From Gammaproteobacteria bacterium (lineage in GTDB: Bacteria > Pseudomonadota > Gammaproteobacteria > Eutrophobiales > Eutrophobiaceae), in NCBI GenBank assembly GCA_965116495.1, contig OZ220696.1:672001-736000 (forward strand): a stretch of 64,000 bases of DNA, in the 5' to 3' direction. This document shows positions 39,428 to 49,695 of this stretch, piece after piece (within the stretch, counting starts at the first letter, position 1; each line of letters opens with the position of its first letter). The position numbers and the translations under genes were made by a program. The notes beneath the pieces were generated by a model. That model did not search any database, was not told the origin of the DNA, and saw only the letters and a list, made by a program, of their open reading frames with translations.

Positions 39428-41377
39428 AGCCAGTATCTGTTCGGCTGCGCGCTGTCCTTCAGCCGCCGCGGTTTGCCATACCTGTGTACCTGTCAATTCC
39501 GAGTGCGCAAAGGCAATACGGCCGTGGACCGTGTCTCGAATAAGGTCTTTCGCCGCGGGACGGCCGTTTTTACCGAAATAAAACCCCGGCGGTTGCACGA
39601 CGTAAGCATGACCCCAGCGGTTAAGTACGATACCGGCTATATCCCGTTTGGCATCAAAGCCGCTATCGCCAAAAAGTGTTTGCAACTGTTTGCGGATTTG
39701 TAGCTCAAAATCCCTGAAACCGGGACCAAGCAAAGAATAACGCGCGGCAAGCGCCTGCTCTTTTACCGGCATGCCGGGATGCAGGAACGGCACGTACATC
39801 GTTAAAACGGTTGGTTTGTCAGGATCAAGCGGCATAGGTTCCCGTCCGTCAATCACCATCTGTCTCCTTATGCAGGTGAACCAGCCAAAGCCCTCAAACC
39901 AGCGCGCTGCGGTGATCCCCAGCTTTTCCATAAACTTCCAGTTTCTTACCGCGATGTTTACCGTCAGCACCGGGGCATGCATGAAGCTGTCCATAGCGTT
40001 AAACAACCCGGGAGTCAGCCCTTTCACAATTTGTTTGTTGACGGCCTGGTTAGCGGCCATCACTACCGATTTCGCCGTGAGCTTACGCAAGCGGCCGTTT
40101 TCGTAATAGGTTACCTCCACGCGCCGGTTGTGATCCATTCCGGTGTTCTCAACGGCAACGACCGTACATCCACCGCGAAAACGGACAGGATTACCTTTAC
40201 GGTCCAGCTCCGTCCAGTCGATCGGATTGAATAAAACAGCATTCATGGCTGAATCACCCTTGATTGCGCCGGGGATGAGGTTTTTCAGAAAGTAACGTGC
40301 AATACCGGCATTGCCGCCCGGGAAGGCGGCAAGATGCAGCTGGTCGGTAGGATCGATGTTATTTGTAATATAACGGAAATAGCCGGCCGGGCCGGGCAGG
40401 GCAAACTCAAATGCCGCATAAGCTGACGATACGTCAGCGCCCAGGCCGTGTCCGACGGTAGCTGCAAAGGGGTCCACCAGTTTTGTATACTCTGCCGAGA
40501 CACCGACTACTTCAGTAAGGAATTCCAGGTAAGTCATGCTGTCCAGCCATGCTTCCCAGTCTGCGCGGCGGGGCGGCATACGGTAGGACTCCAGGGTCAT
40601 GTAGTCCAGTTTCAGCCGCGCCGCTATCGGAGCTTCGCGAAAGCCGTTATTCCAGGGGTTTATCGCCCAACCACCATTGGGAGTTGAATTTCTTCCGTAA
40701 AAATAGCCGGAATCAGCCGCTTCCCATGTTTGCAACATGGGGAAATAGATGTCTTTGGCAACCCGAAGCTCCTTTTCGCTGCCGCTTAGCTCCTGCCAGG
40801 TGAATTCATCGGGCAAACCGAGTTCTTTCCAGTAATCGTGGTAAAAGCCCATCTGCCGGGTGACTGAAACCGGCCACAGATTACCGTTGGAACCCTGTGG
40901 TCCGTACAGACGAACGCCGTCGACATCAAACTCATTCTGCTTGGCTTCACCACCAAAAATGAGATGATTGTCAAGTATCAGGCAGTTGTTGTTGCCGTTC
41001 GTATGTTTCCGGTACGTATAGGCGGCGCTCAACCCTGAGAACCCGCCGCCCACAACGACCAGGTCGTATACTTCACCGGTAGTTATTGCGTTTGAATGTG
41101 CATTTACAAACTGTCCGTCTCTGATTGCATGGGCTGCATTGACGACTTCGGCTGTATTGCCGTTACTACCCGCGTAATCACCAATACCTCCAGGGCCGGT
41201 CCAATCCGGTCCGTATTGAACAGTTGATCCCAATGGATCAGCGGCCACAAGACCGGATGAATGTGCCGTGAGCAAGGCACTGCCGGCTCCGACCAGCGTT
41301 GACCCGACAAAATCCCGGCGCGTAATATGAGTGTCCATACCCAGTTCCAGTTCTTCAGACAATTTATTATTCGTCAT
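39422..41377 (-). CDS. Tat-exported FAD oxidoreductase, spermidine dehydrogenase (SpdH)-like
   Basis: TRRDFV twin-arginine; YDLVVVGGGFSGL, ILDNH..FGGEAKQNEF, FPGGNAGIAR, FDAKRDIAGIVLNRWGHAY, GRIAFAHS. Confidence 0.8.
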   Translation of the reverse strand: MTNNKLSEELELGMDTHITRRDFVGSTLVGAGSALLTAHSSGLVAADPLGSTVQYGPDWTGPGGIGDYAGSNGNTAEVVNAAHAIRDGQFVNAHSNAITTGEVYDLVVVGGGFSGLSAAYTYRKHTNGNNNCLILDNHLIFGGEAKQNEFDVDGVRLYGPQGSNGNLWPVSVTRQMGFYHDYWKELGLPDEFTWQELSGSEKELRVAKDIYFPMLQTWEAADSGYFYGRNSTPNGGWAINPWNNGFREAPIAARLKLDYMTLESYRMPPRRADWEAWLDSMTYLEFLTEVVGVSAEYTKLVDPFAATVGHGLGADVSSAYAAFEFALPGPAGYFRYITNNIDPTDQLHLAAFPGGNAGIARYFLKNLIPGAIKGDSAMNAVLFNPIDWTELDRKGNPVRFRGGCTVVAVENTGMDHNRRVEVTYYENGRLRKLTAKSVVMAANQAVNKQIVKGLTPGLFNAMDSFMHAPVLTVNIAVRNWKFMEKLGITAARWFEGFGWFTCIRRQMVIDGREPMPLDPDKPTVLTMYVPFLHPGMPVKEQALAARYSLLGPGFRDFELQIRKQLQTLFGDSGFDAKRDIAGIVLNRWGHAYVVQPPGFYFGKNGRPAAKDLIRDTVHGRIAFAHSELTGTQVWQTAAAEGQRAAEQILAL

Positions 41378-41563
41378 CCTGAAAACCTCCCCGGTAGATA
41401 AGCGATACAGTAGTTTTTCTGAGAATTACTAAATCATAACGACAATCCTCATACGCCAGCATCATGCCACAGGTTCCGGGTACAGGCTAAACTGATTATG
41501 TGACAGGTTGTGTAACCATATCTATAATGGCCAGGTGGAACAATTAAATCAGGTGGTGCTCCC

Positions 41564-42940
41564 ATGAATGAGACAGTCAGAAGCACCGGAGAATGGCAAC
41601 AGGCAGACGTCGATAATTACCTTCACCCGTTTACTGATTACAAGGCGTTGCGGCATGAAAAGGCGAATGTGATCACGCGCGGCAAGGGTTGTTATGTATG
41701 GGACAACGACAACAACCGGTTGCTGGATGGGCTGGCGGGCCTTGCCTGTGTCAATATCGGATACGGCCGGGCTGAACTCGGACAGGCTGCTGCTGCGCAG
41801 ATAGATGAATTAAGTTACTTCAACAGCTTCTTCAAGGCAACCAACAGACCGGCCATAGCGCTGGCCGAAAAACTGGTTGAACTGACGCCGCAAGGGTTGA
41901 ACCATGTCTTTTATGCCAATTCAGGTTCTGAGGCAAACGATACCGCCCTGCGCATGGTTAGGCACTACTGGGCACTGGAGGGGCAGCCGGAAAAACACGT
42001 TATTATCAGCCGGGAAATGTCGTATCACGGCAGTACCGTGGCGGCAGGTGCGCTATCCGGCATGCCGCCGATGCATGAACAGGGCGCAGTCGTTGCAGGC
42101 ATTCGGCATATTAAGTGCCCTTACCGGTTCCAGTATGGCCGGGATATGAGTGAAGAACAATTCGGGCTGATCGCCGCCGGCTGGCTGGAAGATGCGATAC
42201 TGGAAGAGGGTCCAGACAAGGTCGCAGCCTTTTTTGCCGAACCCGTACAGGGGGCGGGGGGCGGCAAAATTCCGCCTCGGAATTATTTCACGGAAATTCA
42301 AAAAATCTGTAAAAAACATGATGTGCTGCTGGTCATCGATGAAGTGATCACCGGGTTTAGCCGGACCGGGCGATGGTTCGCCAGCGATCTCTTTGAGATT
42401 GACCAGGTAGACCTGTTGTGTCTGGCCAAGGGTATTACTTCAGGCTACCTGCCGCTTTCTGCGGTCATGGTCAACGATCGTATAGCCGATACCCTGATCG
42501 ATAAGGGAGGTGAATTTTTTCATGGGTTTACCTATTCGGGTCATCCGGTGAGTTGTGCCGTTGCACTCGAAAATATCCGCATCCTCGCAGAAGAAGGCAT
42601 CGTCCTCCAGGTAGAAGAACATACCGGACCATACCTGGCAGAGAAACTGAAACTGTTGTCCCACTCTCCGGTGGTTGGGGAGGTGCGCAGTTGCGGTATG
42701 ATTGCCGCGGTTGAACTGGTCAGGAATAATGAAACGATGGAGCCAGTAGCAGACGATATGGAGGATATCGATCGCATCTGCGAAGGGTTTCGCGATCTGT
42801 GTCTTGAGCGGGGAATTATCGTGCGCCCAATCGGCTCGACGATCATGCTGTGCCCACCGTTGATCATCAGCCGGCAGGAAATCAATTTTCTGGTGGAGAA
42901 ATTTCAATTGGCGCTTGGTGAGTTCGAACGGATTATATGA
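41564..42940 (+). CDS. spuC: Class III PLP aminotransferase, putrescine-pyruvate type
   Basis: YLHPFTD, LDGLAGL.CVNIGYGR, NSGSEANDT, AEPVQGAGG, DEVITGF, LAKG, HGFTYSGHP. Confidence 0.85.
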   Translation: MNETVRSTGEWQQADVDNYLHPFTDYKALRHEKANVITRGKGCYVWDNDNNRLLDGLAGLACVNIGYGRAELGQAAAAQIDELSYFNSFFKATNRPAIALAEKLVELTPQGLNHVFYANSGSEANDTALRMVRHYWALEGQPEKHVIISREMSYHGSTVAAGALSGMPPMHEQGAVVAGIRHIKCPYRFQYGRDMSEEQFGLIAAGWLEDAILEEGPDKVAAFFAEPVQGAGGGKIPPRNYFTEIQKICKKHDVLLVIDEVITGFSRTGRWFASDLFEIDQVDLLCLAKGITSGYLPLSAVMVNDRIADTLIDKGGEFFHGFTYSGHPVSCAVALENIRILAEEGIVLQVEEHTGPYLAEKLKLLSHSPVVGEVRSCGMIAAVELVRNNETMEPVADDMEDIDRICEGFRDLCLERGIIVRPIGSTIMLCPPLIISRQEINFLVEKFQLALGEFERII

Positions 42941-43036
42941 ATTGACGCATGGCATAAGCCGTTCCCGTAACGACAACAATGCTGTTTCATGGTTAAATAA
43001 TGTCCTTCGGCAACAGTAGATCTCGGGGTTAACTCT

Positions 43037-43303
43037 ATGGCCGGTGGTTTTACTAAAGACGGGGCAGTCCAGGACCAGATAGATGCCACAATCGAGGACG
43101 CGATAGCAAGCGCCCGGAGCCGCCTGCCGCATGGGCCAAGTCTCAGGGAATGTGAGGAATGCGGGAGCATGATACCCGAGGCGCGCCGGATCAGCGTTCC
43201 GGGTGTCCGCCTGTGTGTTGTCTGCCAGTCCGAGCAGGACCAGGCACAGGCGCAGTTCAGTGGTTACAACCGCCGCGGCAGCAAGGGCAGTCAACTGAGG
43301 TAA
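43037..43303 (+). CDS. ybiI: DksA/TraR C4 zinc-finger protein (YbiI-like)
   Basis: MAGGFTKDGAVQDQI...CEECG..IPEARR..VPGVRLCVVCQ...YNRRGSK.SQLR. Confidence 0.92.
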   Translation: MAGGFTKDGAVQDQIDATIEDAIASARSRLPHGPSLRECEECGSMIPEARRISVPGVRLCVVCQSEQDQAQAQFSGYNRRGSKGSQLR

Positions 43304-43487
43304 GTATTTCTATTGTCCGGCCGTCCAGGGCTGATGCTGACCTGCTCGCAGCCTATCGGAGCAAGATAGAAAAAGAACTGGCCCGGAATTGTGATTTCCA
43401 GCGCAGGGTCAGGTGCGCAATGAAAGGCGTCATCGAAAATCTTGACCGGCAACTCGCAACAATCGCCGAGCCATGCGAGCTGGAATA

Positions 43488-44813
43488 TTAACCAAGCAAT
43501 GCCTGTACGAAATCAGGCAGTTTGATCACGGATACGGTCAGCGACAGTATGAGCGCTGCCAGCAGAATAATATTTCTCGGCATACTGCTGGTATGCACTC
43601 CCATGATGGATGTCCTGTTTACCATAATCAGCACTGCCAGGTAAACCAGCGGCACTACTATTGCATTGATGCCCATCAGCAGCAGTAGTTTGAACAGGGC
43701 AGGGAAGGTCCATAGAGGCGCCAGCAGTGCGGGCAGGATGATACAGGCCATGACCGTCCTCCTGAAGTGCCTGTTTTCCCTGGTATGGTGCCAGGGATAA
43801 CCGAACATATCGAGAATGAAATAACTGATCACTTCAACAGTCACAATGAAAGTGGTCATGCCCGCAATAATCATCCCGGCTGAAAAAATAACAGGCCCAA
43901 CAAATTCCAGACCCTGTGGAAACGCCCGCAACAATATCCGGCTTGCCTCATGGACAGAGTCGATCTCCGCGTGGTTGGCCAGCGGGTACAGGGCGAACCC
44001 GCCGGCTATGATGATGCACAGGGAACAGGCGCAGTAAAAGAAGCCTAGGTTGATGACAGAGTTGCGGAATTCATGCTTGAGGTCAACTGCGCCCTCCTGC
44101 CGGTTGTCCGCGCTCATGTACGGCATACCCAGCATCGCGGCCGGCGCCAGGACGCTGCCGACAATGCCCATTATGGCGATGCCGCTGCTGCGGACCATGT
44201 CTTGACCGGGAACCGGCACGTCCTCAGGTACGCCAGGCGCCATTCCGGCCAGAATAGCGGACAGTTCCGTGAAGCCGCGCAACGCGACAACCAGAAAACA
44301 GATGAACATCAACACCATTAATGCAGTCATGTAACGCTGCATGCGCTGGTAACCTCCCGAGGTCAGCAGCCAGACTATGCCGGCCGCGAATCCCAGGGAC
44401 ACAACCAGTTCCATAGCCTGGTAGTTGCTAGCGGCAAAATCCGCTGCTGCGTCGGGCGGGTAAATTTCGAACAGGGACAGCGCCGCAGAGGTCATGACCG
44501 ACATCTGTCCCATGCCGATGAGCAGGTGCACGGGGATATTAATCGCCAGCAGCAGCCAGCCCACACCGGGATGGAGATGTTCGCAGATCAGGGAAAACAT
44601 CCCCTTGTCTTTGTTGAGCAAGCCGATACGCGCTGCGCTGTCGACCGTGATCACCAGCAGGGGCACGGTCAGCAGGACCACCCAGAGCAGCTCATAACCG
44701 AACCAGGCGCCGCTGAGTATCAGTGACGAAGCTGAACCTGCCCCGATAGACGCAGCCGCCATCACCGCGGCAGGGCCGGCAATCCTTTTGAAATTATCCG
44801 TGAGTTTCCGCAT
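43488..44813 (-). CDS. NRAMP/YcsG-like secondary transporter (paralog 1)
   Basis: ~11 TM segments; GPAAVMAAASIGAGS...GAWFGYELLWV; lacks the DPGN motif of MntH. Confidence 0.8.
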   Translation of the reverse strand: MRKLTDNFKRIAGPAAVMAAASIGAGSASSLILSGAWFGYELLWVVLLTVPLLVITVDSAARIGLLNKDKGMFSLICEHLHPGVGWLLLAINIPVHLLIGMGQMSVMTSAALSLFEIYPPDAAADFAASNYQAMELVVSLGFAAGIVWLLTSGGYQRMQRYMTALMVLMFICFLVVALRGFTELSAILAGMAPGVPEDVPVPGQDMVRSSGIAIMGIVGSVLAPAAMLGMPYMSADNRQEGAVDLKHEFRNSVINLGFFYCACSLCIIIAGGFALYPLANHAEIDSVHEASRILLRAFPQGLEFVGPVIFSAGMIIAGMTTFIVTVEVISYFILDMFGYPWHHTRENRHFRRTVMACIILPALLAPLWTFPALFKLLLLMGINAIVVPLVYLAVLIMVNRTSIMGVHTSSMPRNIILLAALILSLTVSVIKLPDFVQALLG

Positions 44814-44937
44814 AGCGCTTCATATTTGAATGATCTAAACCGGCATTATGCCACGAAAGCACGCACGCTACCGGGTTTGCCCGTGCCTGTGATTTTATTA
44901 ATCAGTAAGGGAGTGTCGGGAGAAAAACCGGCACGTG

Positions 44938-45095
44938 GAGTAATGCGAGTAATGGGGTCATGCGAGTAATGGGGTCAGGTCGCACAATGCACACGAGTAA
45001 TGGGGTCAGGTCGCACAATGCACACGCAAACAGAGATAGGCATAAAGTTCAACAATACCTCTGCGTGTGCATTGTGCGACCTGACCCCATTACTC
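44938..45095. repeat. REP-like element: perfect 34-bp inverted repeat with tandemly duplicated left arms
   Basis: GAGTAATGGGGTCAGGTCGCACAATGCACACGCA (44995-45028) and its reverse complement (45062-45095); extra partial left arms at 44964, 44947 and 44938. Confidence 0.9.
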
Positions 45096-45191
45096 CTGGT
45101 GTATAGAGTCTGTTATCCCTTGATCTTTCGACTCCTGCATGCTAAAGATTGCATTCAGGTATGAATGCCAGGTAAACATGAAGGTGATACC

Positions 45192-46145
45192 ATGAATGAT
45201 TGGAAGGGAATGTATGTCGTATTGCTGGGGGCGGGATCGGCTGTCCCGGATCCGGTGCGCGGTAATCCGTCCCAAGCGGTGGTAATTGATGGTGAAGTGA
45301 TGGTTATCGACTGTGGCGAACGCGCCACGGTCAACCTGGTTCGCGCAGGCATCAACCCGCTCGACGTCGGTTATTTGTTCATTACCCATATGCACTGGGA
45401 CCATATCGTTGATTTCAACTACTTGTTATTCAGTACCTGGAACTGCGGTAAATCCATCCCCATCAAAATCTTCGGACCGACCGGGACGAAACGCATGTGC
45501 GACGGGATGCTGGAGGCACACCATATCGACGTGGAGTTCGTGAAACGTTACATAGAACAATTGCCCGACCACATCACCAACCGCCCGCAGCCGGAACCGC
45601 CGATTGAAGTGGAGGAGATCCACGAGGGGGTTATCGTCGAGACGGACAAGTTCAAAGTAACCTCACGGGAGATCGTCCACCTGCAGCCGTTGGGATTCGA
45701 ACGTTCTTCCTACGCTTTCAGGATCGACAGCGATTACGGCTCCGCGGTGTTCAGCGGCGATACTGAGCCTTGCGATGCCATGGTCGAATTGTCCAGCGAT
45801 GTCGATGTGCTCGTTCATGAGTGTACTTTTCTGGAGGATATCCTGGACTATCGGCAGAACGTGGAAGGGCAAAAAGGCGCGGAAAAAGTTGCATGGACAG
45901 GGCATACCGGCCCCCGCGGCGCAGGATGGATCGCGCATCGAGCTAACGCAAAAAAGCTGGTTCTGACCCACCTGGGACCGTACGATAGCCCGCCGGCGGC
46001 CATCGAAATGGCATCAATGTACTACGGTGAGCGCCGGGGACCGGAAATCTGGTCTCAGATTATGGGTGAAGCCAAAGAAACATTTGCAGGGCCTGTCATC
46101 ATCGGGGAAGACGCGATGGTCATCCCCGTTAATGACGGCGGTTAA
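45192..46145 (+). CDS. RNase Z/arylsulfatase-type MBL-fold hydrolase (cytoplasmic)
   Basis: LLGAGS, IDCGE, THMHWDH, FSGDT, VHECTF, GHT, VLTH motifs. Confidence 0.88.
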   Translation: MNDWKGMYVVLLGAGSAVPDPVRGNPSQAVVIDGEVMVIDCGERATVNLVRAGINPLDVGYLFITHMHWDHIVDFNYLLFSTWNCGKSIPIKIFGPTGTKRMCDGMLEAHHIDVEFVKRYIEQLPDHITNRPQPEPPIEVEEIHEGVIVETDKFKVTSREIVHLQPLGFERSSYAFRIDSDYGSAVFSGDTEPCDAMVELSSDVDVLVHECTFLEDILDYRQNVEGQKGAEKVAWTGHTGPRGAGWIAHRANAKKLVLTHLGPYDSPPAAIEMASMYYGERRGPEIWSQIMGEAKETFAGPVIIGEDAMVIPVNDGG

Positions 46146-46195
46146 TCCAGGCCTGAGGCATGCAAGTAAGCAAACCCCAATCGGTACGATAACAC

Positions 46196-48556
46196 TCAGA
46201 ACGTATATTTCAGCCTGACATACCATTCCAGGGGCCGGGATGGCGCTGCTGCCGTGACGCCGGTGCCGGGGTAGTCCAGGCCGCTGACAATATAGATTTC
46301 ATCGAGCAGGTTGGTGCCGCCCACTGTGGCCAGCCAGTGGCGGTCCACACTCTCCCAGGTCAAGCTCATGTTGAGCATGTCGTAGGATTCCTGGTTCAGA
46401 CGTTCTACGTTTCTGGGCGTCTTGTATTGCTGGCCTTTGTGGGACCAGTCGACACGCAGGTAGGCATGACCCTGTTCATTATCCATGAGGTCGGCGGATG
46501 CGCCCAGGTTGAAATTCCATTCAGGTGCGTTCGCCAATTCATCATCTTCAGTGATACCGGTCTCATTCGGCAGCACATTTAGGTACTTGTGGTCCAGCCA
46601 CCCCAGGCTGCCGTTCAGGCGCAGCCAATCGGTGACGATCAGCAGTGATTCAACCTCAATACCCCATAAACGCGCATCGCCGGCGTTCTCTATGACAGGT
46701 ACGCCGAGATCACCGGCCGAACCCAGTATCTGCAAGTCGTCGTAATTGGTGATGAACCCGGCCAGGTTCATACGCATGCGCCGGTTAAATAACTCGCTTT
46801 TTACACCGATTTCAAACATTTCCACTTCCTCGGGGCCGAACGTCGGAATTAGTTCGTTCGGTTCCGTGATATCCGTGGTCACGCCGGGGATCACCGGTGG
46901 AAATGCCCGCATGGTGAACCCGCCGGCCTTGAAACCATGCGAATAGGTAAAATAACCCATGAAATCATCGTTAAAATCGTAGCTCAGGGTTACCGCCGGC
47001 GTGAAGTTGTCCTCGGTGCCCTGTGCCCAGACCCGGGGCAGGATAGGCGTGCCGGGTGCAAGCAGCCGGAACGGCGGATCGGTCGGCAATGTCAGCCCGG
47101 CATCCAGTATCCCGCCTGAGGTCAGGTACAGTTCATCTACCGTCTGCTCCGGCCGGAAACGGATTTTATCGTGGGTATAGCGCGCGCCGAAGGTCAGGGT
47201 CATCTGGTCCGTGATGTCAAACGTACCCTGGGCAAAAGCCGCAGTGCTGGTGTTGTCGATGGAGCCGCCGCTGGTTATCCTGAGTGGTGGAAAACGCACG
47301 CCGAAATCCTGGCTGCCAGTCTCGTTCATCCAGAAAAAGCCCACCACATAATTCAGACGGTCATTGAAGGTGGTGCCGCTCAGGTGCAGTTCCTGGGTCA
47401 CGGTCTCCATCTCGATATCCTGGTCCACCCAGTCAATATAGAGGGAGGGATTTGCAACCAGGTCCTGGCCGATGTCCACCTGTGAATCACGGAAGGCGGT
47501 AATGGACCTGATACTGAAAGGGCCGATATCCCAGTCCAGGGTCAGGTTAAGGCCAAGGATACTTACGTCCGACTGGTTTGGGCCGCGAGAGTAGTTCTCC
47601 AGGTCATCCAGTTCGGTTTCCCATTGCGAGTTCCAGCAGTCGGGATTGCTGAAACGCGCAGGGTCTCCCAATGCGGGGTTACACGCAGGGAAATCGAACG
47701 TGTTATAAAAGAAGTTGAAAAAAGCGGCTTCATTAATCTCACTGGCCCACAGCACGACCCGCCCGGCAGCCTCTTCGTTGGTTTCGGTGATATCGATAGT
47801 GGCAGTGGCCAGAAAGTTTTCTGCCACGTCTACTTCCGCAACCAGGCGGCCGAACAAAGCCTGCTTGCTTCCTTGCCGATCACCATCAACCAGCCGTTTG
47901 ACATGACCGTCCCGGTTCTGGCTGGCAGCAGTCAGGCGCAAGCGCACACGATCGCTGACGGGGCCGCTCAAGGAGATCTTGCCGTCTATACGCTCATAGT
48001 TGCCGCCGGTCACTTCAGCGTAGCCCTCAAACTCTTCACTGGGTCGCTTTGATATGATCGACACGGCGCCGCCGATGGTATTTCTACCGAACAGGGTACC
48101 CTGCGGCCCGCGCATTACCTCAACCCGCTCCAGGTCGATATTATCCATGAGTGAACCCATGGATTTGCTGACATAAACCCCGTCCAGGTACGTGGCTACA
48201 CCCGGCTCAACCGTCAATACATAATCGGTCTGGCCTATGCCGCGGATGAAGATCTGGCTGGAATTACCGCCGCCGGCTTCCGATGCCACGTTATCGTACT
48301 GGACATTCGGTATGTATTGGGATATCTCATTTACCGATACGATATTGCGCTGTTCCAGTTCCGCCGTATTGAATGCGCTGACTGCCAGCGGGGTGTCCTG
48401 CAAACTCTCTTCGCGTTTCCTTGCGGTGACAACAATTTCCTCCAGAAAAGCGGATGAACCGCTGTCGGCCTGGGCTACCACAGGCGCTGAAGAGCATAAC
48501 AAGCTGACACCGGCTACGGCAAAAGCCACGCGTGTGAACAATTTAATTGACCACAT
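46196..48556 (-). CDS. TonB-dependent receptor
   Basis: Signal peptide; LEEIVVTARKREESLQD, ERVEVMRGPQGTLFGRN, C-terminal YTF. Confidence 0.95.
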   Translation of the reverse strand: MWSIKLFTRVAFAVAGVSLLCSSAPVVAQADSGSSAFLEEIVVTARKREESLQDTPLAVSAFNTAELEQRNIVSVNEISQYIPNVQYDNVASEAGGGNSSQIFIRGIGQTDYVLTVEPGVATYLDGVYVSKSMGSLMDNIDLERVEVMRGPQGTLFGRNTIGGAVSIISKRPSEEFEGYAEVTGGNYERIDGKISLSGPVSDRVRLRLTAASQNRDGHVKRLVDGDRQGSKQALFGRLVAEVDVAENFLATATIDITETNEEAAGRVVLWASEINEAAFFNFFYNTFDFPACNPALGDPARFSNPDCWNSQWETELDDLENYSRGPNQSDVSILGLNLTLDWDIGPFSIRSITAFRDSQVDIGQDLVANPSLYIDWVDQDIEMETVTQELHLSGTTFNDRLNYVVGFFWMNETGSQDFGVRFPPLRITSGGSIDNTSTAAFAQGTFDITDQMTLTFGARYTHDKIRFRPEQTVDELYLTSGGILDAGLTLPTDPPFRLLAPGTPILPRVWAQGTEDNFTPAVTLSYDFNDDFMGYFTYSHGFKAGGFTMRAFPPVIPGVTTDITEPNELIPTFGPEEVEMFEIGVKSELFNRRMRMNLAGFITNYDDLQILGSAGDLGVPVIENAGDARLWGIEVESLLIVTDWLRLNGSLGWLDHKYLNVLPNETGITEDDELANAPEWNFNLGASADLMDNEQGHAYLRVDWSHKGQQYKTPRNVERLNQESYDMLNMSLTWESVDRHWLATVGGTNLLDEIYIVSGLDYPGTGVTAAAPSRPLEWYVRLKYTF

Positions 48557-48607
48557 AATGAAAGATCCCCCCGATCAGATTCAATATGATTATTTTATAC
48601 AGTTAAC

Positions 48608-48669
48608 ATTCTGTCTGCTCAAGCATCCATCTGCTATCCCTTTTGTGCAGGGTTCAGCCTGATTACGCA
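48608..48669 (-). promoter_or_regulatory. Putative AraC/XylS-activated promoter (site C) for the TonB receptor
   Basis: Minus strand TGCGTAATCAGGCTG-N5-TGCACAAAAGGGATA-GCA, with -10-like CAGAAT 21 nt downstream. Confidence 0.65.
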
Positions 48670-48675
48670 TGGCCG

Positions 48676-48790
48676 CTATTCATAGGTAAAACTATCTCTT
48701 TCGTATATTTTCCCGTTCTGGATGACCAGATCAATATTTCGTATATTGCCTATGTCATCAAGTGGGTTGTTTCCCAGTACCAGCACGGAT
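48676..48790 (-). pseudogene. C-terminal remnant of an amidohydrolase
   Basis: Manual translation VLVLGNNPLDDIGNIRNIDLVIQNGKIYERDSFTYE*. Confidence 0.7.
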
Positions 48791-48885
48791 TATTGTTCCT
48801 GCTTCACCATTACCCGCGTAGCATGATAGATGCAGGATATTCAGTAACAGCAAAATAACGGCTGCTGATTTCCAATGCCGGTCGA

Positions 48886-49649
48886 TCATCTTGTCAATAC
48901 CGGTTCCAGCGGCAGTTTTCCGCTGTCGACTACCTGTCCATCCTTCATAACCATCAAAATACTCCTGGTATTCTCAATATCGGATAACGGGTTTCTCTCG
49001 AGTACGACAAGAATTGCCCGGAGCTCAACAGGGACAGTTGCGGTCCCGTATTTTCCTCGAACATGGCGTTGATGCGATTAACGAATCGTCTTGGGGCGAC
49101 CCAACTTCCCCGGGTGTTGAAATCCCTGCCGAACGGACCGCTCAACCCGACAATATTGCCGGCAACAAACAGGCGGCTGCCCGGAATCTCGTTCCTTTCG
49201 ATGCGCTCGCGGACATTCATAAGCGGTTGCAGCGGCCCCCATGTATCGAACACGGTCGTCAGTCCGTATTTCAAGGCAATCTGTGCAGCTTCTGCTATCA
49301 GCAGTTCCAGCCTGTCCTCGTACCTGGCTATGAATTCAATCGAAACATCCCGGAATAAATGTATATTCGCATCCATCATCCCGGGGATAATATATTTTCC
49401 TGATACATCAATGATGTCTGCTCCATCAGGTATTTTTATGTCGTTTCCGGAGCCGACCCGGGCAAATTCATTTCCCTCTATTACGATGACGGAATCATCC
49501 AGGGGTGGCGCGCCGGTTCCATCAATTAACGTCGCCCCGCGCAGGACGACAGTTTCACTGGCATTCACCGTGCCTGACAGCAGCAGGAGAAATACGCAAA
49601 TAATGATGGAACAGGACGCAGCAGGGTTTTTAGTGGTGTGGATTTTCAT
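48886..49649 (-). pseudogene. Exported Amidohydro_1-type amidohydrolase with a large internal deletion and frameshift
   Basis: N-terminus (signal, LRGATLIDGTG, IIPGMMDANIH, LKYGLTTVFD) is joined near 49020 to an out-of-frame C-terminus LVVLERNPLSDIENTRSILMVMKDGQVVD...LTR*. Confidence 0.8.
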
Positions 49650-49695
49650 CGGAGATTCTCCAGAAGGAACTTGGGCATCGGACCGGGTCAGGTTT

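Noticed and set aside
43300-43491. Possible 63-codon ORF after ybiI (GTAA overlap region)
   Set aside because: No clear start codon or recognisable motif.
44938-45095. Repeated ~32-bp units as a mini-CRISPR
   Set aside because: Copies abut without spacers and the last copy is inverted; this is a hairpin element.
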